From Callorhinchus milii (lineage: Eukaryota), in assembly GCF_018977255.1 (NCBI RefSeq), contig NW_024704751.1, positions 16,306,001-16,370,000 of the forward strand: a DNA stretch of 64,000 bases. Reading direction: 5' to 3'. How positions within the stretch are numbered: position 1 is the stretch's first letter; every line of letters begins with the position of its first letter. This document shows positions 60,805 to 64,000 of this stretch, in pieces. The notes below the pieces were generated by a model that worked only from the letters and a program-made list of their open reading frames with translations, had not been told where the DNA came from and did no database searches. The position numbers and the translations under genes are program-made.

Positions 60805-62239
60805 GGCAATATAGAGTTGTGAAGGAAGTGAAGCACTCGGTGTAGTCACCCACAAAATCATGCAATCAAAACCCAGCATGGCTCAGCTGCTTGCACTTTT
60901 ACCTCTGGTTCAGACGATTGTCTCACTTTGAGTTCACAGTCTCGTTTGGCTCTTCAGTGCGCTATCTGGGGGAGTGCCGCATTGTTGGATGAGATGTTAA
61001 ACCAACCTTTATGGTCGCTCCCCCCACATCCCCACCCACCCTCGAAAAAATGTCTTGATTCAATATTTCTTGAATTTTGGCATCAATCAAGAAATATTCA
61101 TTTAAGAAAAAAAACTGACACGCACAAACAATTGAACACCGACTTACCTTATACTCATAGGGATGCTTCCTGTTGGCTTCATGGGCCATTTCTGGCCTGT
61201 GGGTCACAGGTTGGTCACCCCTGTGTTAAGCCGAGATCCTGTCTGCCTGTTCAGGTGGATGTCAAATGATCCCATGACACTGTTTGAAAAGAATAGTTTC
61301 GACCAGTGTCCTGGCCAACAATCCTCCAGATAAAATTGAACGTTCCCTTTTTGTATGTAGATATGTGAGTGTGTGTATGTTTGTGGGATATTACTCTGTG
61401 CAAAGTGACAGCTGCATGTGCCAACAAATACAGTCACTACATTTGACAGCAATTCTTCTTGAAGTGCTTATGCAACATTTTGATATTTATATGAAATACA
61501 AGGATTATTATTGTGCATCAAGCAGCACAGAGTCCCCAAATAGAGTCGCTGTGTCCCGACTAGTGAGGGTCACTCTACCCTGCGTGAGAGGCGCTATATA
61601 AATGCAAGTTGTTGTTGTTGGCTGGGAGCTGACCCAGAGCTGCCATGACACAGGGACCAGGGTTTTGCTGATCGAAATCAAGGCCTTGGGAAGATAATGG
61701 ACTTCACCTGATTCAGAAGATTTGCGTCCGGAAATAAATCTAAAAGCATCAAAATTAACTTGTAAGTAACTGCAATTACCTGAGTAATCCTCTCCATTCA
61801 GAACAAGACGTCAATGAGAGGGACCCACCACCTTGTGGCCATTTAATTCTAACCCTCTGAATGATGCCTGTTAAGTATAGTATCGTAGGCCAGAAATTAT
61901 TGTTGCTAATAGTTATCAAATGTCACAAATTATACCCTATTCCAGTGTGTTTGATTGCTGGTTTTGTGCTGTGTGTGGATGATTATTTGTAATGTCACCA
62001 TCTGACACCATCTGTTTTTGTGCCGCTGTGCGTGCTGCAGGAAAAAGCCGCACCTTACAAAAATTGTATTTTTTTAAATAAAAAACACTATTTTAAATAT
62101 AGAGAAAGTATATTCTATCTCCCAAGCTCATTCTGCTTGGAATTGAATACAATATTTCTATGACAACCCCTTTAAAATCGCCTGTGTAAATCCATCATCT
62201 GTGTAAATCAATCGCCTGTGTGGATCAATTGACTGTGCG

Positions 62240-62445
62240 GATAATAATAACAATAATAATCCTTGCGTTTGATATAGCGCTTTTCACATCTTCTAGACAT
62301 CTTAAAGTGCTTTACAGAATAGACTGTAAAGTGAATTGACTGTATATTTATGGGCGAAATGCGGCAGCCAATTGCGCACAGCAGTGTCCGCAAACAGATG
62401 TGGATTGAAATGACCAATTTGTTATTTTTTTTGAGGGATTATTAT
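62240..62445 (-). mobile_element. SINE 3' fragment
   Basis: (AAT)n tail followed by CCTTGCGTTTGATATAGCGCTTTTCAC and the SINE body on the minus strand. Confidence 0.75.
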
Positions 62446-62944
62446 CAGGATCAACACTTATCTCACTCTGAAGACCTCAGGCCTGAGATTCCACTTAGCC
62501 TGTGAGACCATTTTCTCTTGAAATTTCAGATAGTGTAGAATTGTGGAAAACTCTTAAATTGGAAGCTGATTTCTTTTTAGAAATAGTGAAAAGGCGGCTT
62601 TCAAATGAACACTGAATTCAGAAGTTTTGTATCATCTGAAATTTTAAGAAAGAACGATTTTGGAGGCTAAAGCCAGCTAGAATTTTACCAGAATGATACC
62701 AAGGATTAAAGTTAAATTATGAGAATTGTTTGATAAACTTGAGGGTTGATTTAATTGAGGTTTTTAAAATAATAATAATATTCTATGATTCTAATGGCCA
62801 CTCCTGTTCCGATGTTCCTATATAAGTGATGTGCATGTCACAGTGCTATTTATCTCTGGGTCCGTTTAACCACGTGCTGGATTTAGATGTCCTGACACAG
62901 TCCAAGAGTGTGAAAGAATGACCAGTGTCCATGTGACTATGTCT

Positions 62945-63247
62945 GATTCCTGTAAAGTAGTGGTTTGAGCATTTGCCTCGCAAGCGAGAGGACCCGTGTT
63001 CAATTCCTGGGTAGGGCGAAACATTGGGCAAGTTTCCTTATCTCACATGTTTACCTAGCAGTAAATGGGAATCCGGTTGTAGTTTATTGGCGGATCGCTT
63101 TTCCGGGGATAATAATCCCTTCAAAAAAAAAATGTGGTCCTTCAATCCATGACTGTTTGTGGGACACTGCTATGTGCAATTGGACTGCCCACAAGACGTC
63201 CCGAAGACGTGATAAGGCGCTATATCAAATGCAAGGATTATTATTAA
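62945..63247 (+). mobile_element. tRNA-SINE copy with internal deletion
   Basis: GTAGTGGTTTGAGCA A box, GTGTTCAATTCC B box, TTGGGCAAGTTTCCTTA body and AAGGATTATTATT tail. Confidence 0.7.
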
Positions 63248-63609
63248 TTTACGGTGGTTTCTCTTTGCTGCGATGTCCCATGTGTTATCCTTTGTGTATA
63301 GTCCTCGATGCCTCCCCTCCTCACCCCCAGTCGAAGGTCAATGTCTGATTCGATGTTCTAGGAAATCGGTTGAAATCTCTTTATGATCTCGCTGTGCTAC
63401 TGTGACCTCAGGCCCGAACACATTCTTTCTTCTTTTCCACTCTTTCTCGCTGCTCCCTGCACCAGTAAGCGATCAGCCCTGGGATCCCTGCCATGAGGGA
63501 CTGCGCGTTGTGCCCAGTAAACCACTGTGCCGCCCACCATGAGTTTAATCTGCCACTAATTGGTGAGTATCATCAGGAATTATAAGAACCGAGGAGAAAA
63601 TATCCCACA

Positions 63610-63830
63610 GTCCCTTCGCCTTATTTCCTCCCTTGCCTCCTTCAAAACACACCTCAAGACCCCTGCTCTTCAACCACATTTTTGGTCACCCTCCTACCCC
63701 TACTCTTCCTCATCTTCACCCCTCCTGATCCCAACTCCCTGCTCGGGTTCAAATCTCTGACTGTCCAGCGCTTTGGGACATCCTCCCAACGTGAAAGGCA
63801 TTGTACAAATATAATTTGTTATTGTTGTTG
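63610..63830 (+). mobile_element. L2 LINE 3' terminus
   Basis: Translation SLASFKTHLKT, then the hairpin AGCGCTTTGGGACATCCTCCCAACGTGAAAGG and a TTG tail. Confidence 0.7.
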
Positions 63831-64000
63831 AAGGAGGGAAGTAACATCCCAGCATTTGGGTCATACCAAGAAAATGGACAATTCACTGCATTAAACGTTA
63901 CAAGATTATATCTTTTCTCGTATAACAACTTTACTTATTCACAGAGAATCTCTCCATTGTAATCCCACAAAGAGCAGGAATGGGCTCTGACCGGTGATTC

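Noticed and set aside
1-64000. CRISPR arrays or prokaryotic systems
   Set aside because: The sequence is eukaryotic, and the recurring ~50-bp motif is a dispersed retroposon 3' end rather than a regularly spaced repeat.

Overview
Vertebrate genomic DNA with spliceosomal introns, CpG-island promoters and many L2/CR1 LINE and tRNA-SINE fragments. The repeat style suggests a cartilaginous fish, but this is inference. Gene order matches the human 1p36.11 block. From left to right: EXTL1/EXT1-like exon 1 (minus strand), complete PAFAH2 (10 coding exons, 409 aa), two tandem intact STMN1-like stathmin genes (149 aa and 143 aa), and PAQR7 (single coding exon, 352 aa). Next comes a spliced 4-coding-exon gene (186 aa) that the ORF track shows only in part. 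It encodes a type III transmembrane adaptor with a juxtamembrane CxxC, two Tyr motifs and a PxxP. It is plausibly a third PAG1/LIME1 ohnolog with no counterpart at the human locus. The two stathmins differ in phosphosites and promoter type (phased CCAAT array vs E2F/CDE-CHR), and one uses a GC-AG intron. There is one assembly gap (47336-47471). All gene models were built by hand from the sequence, and orthology calls come from recalled protein sequences, not database searches.
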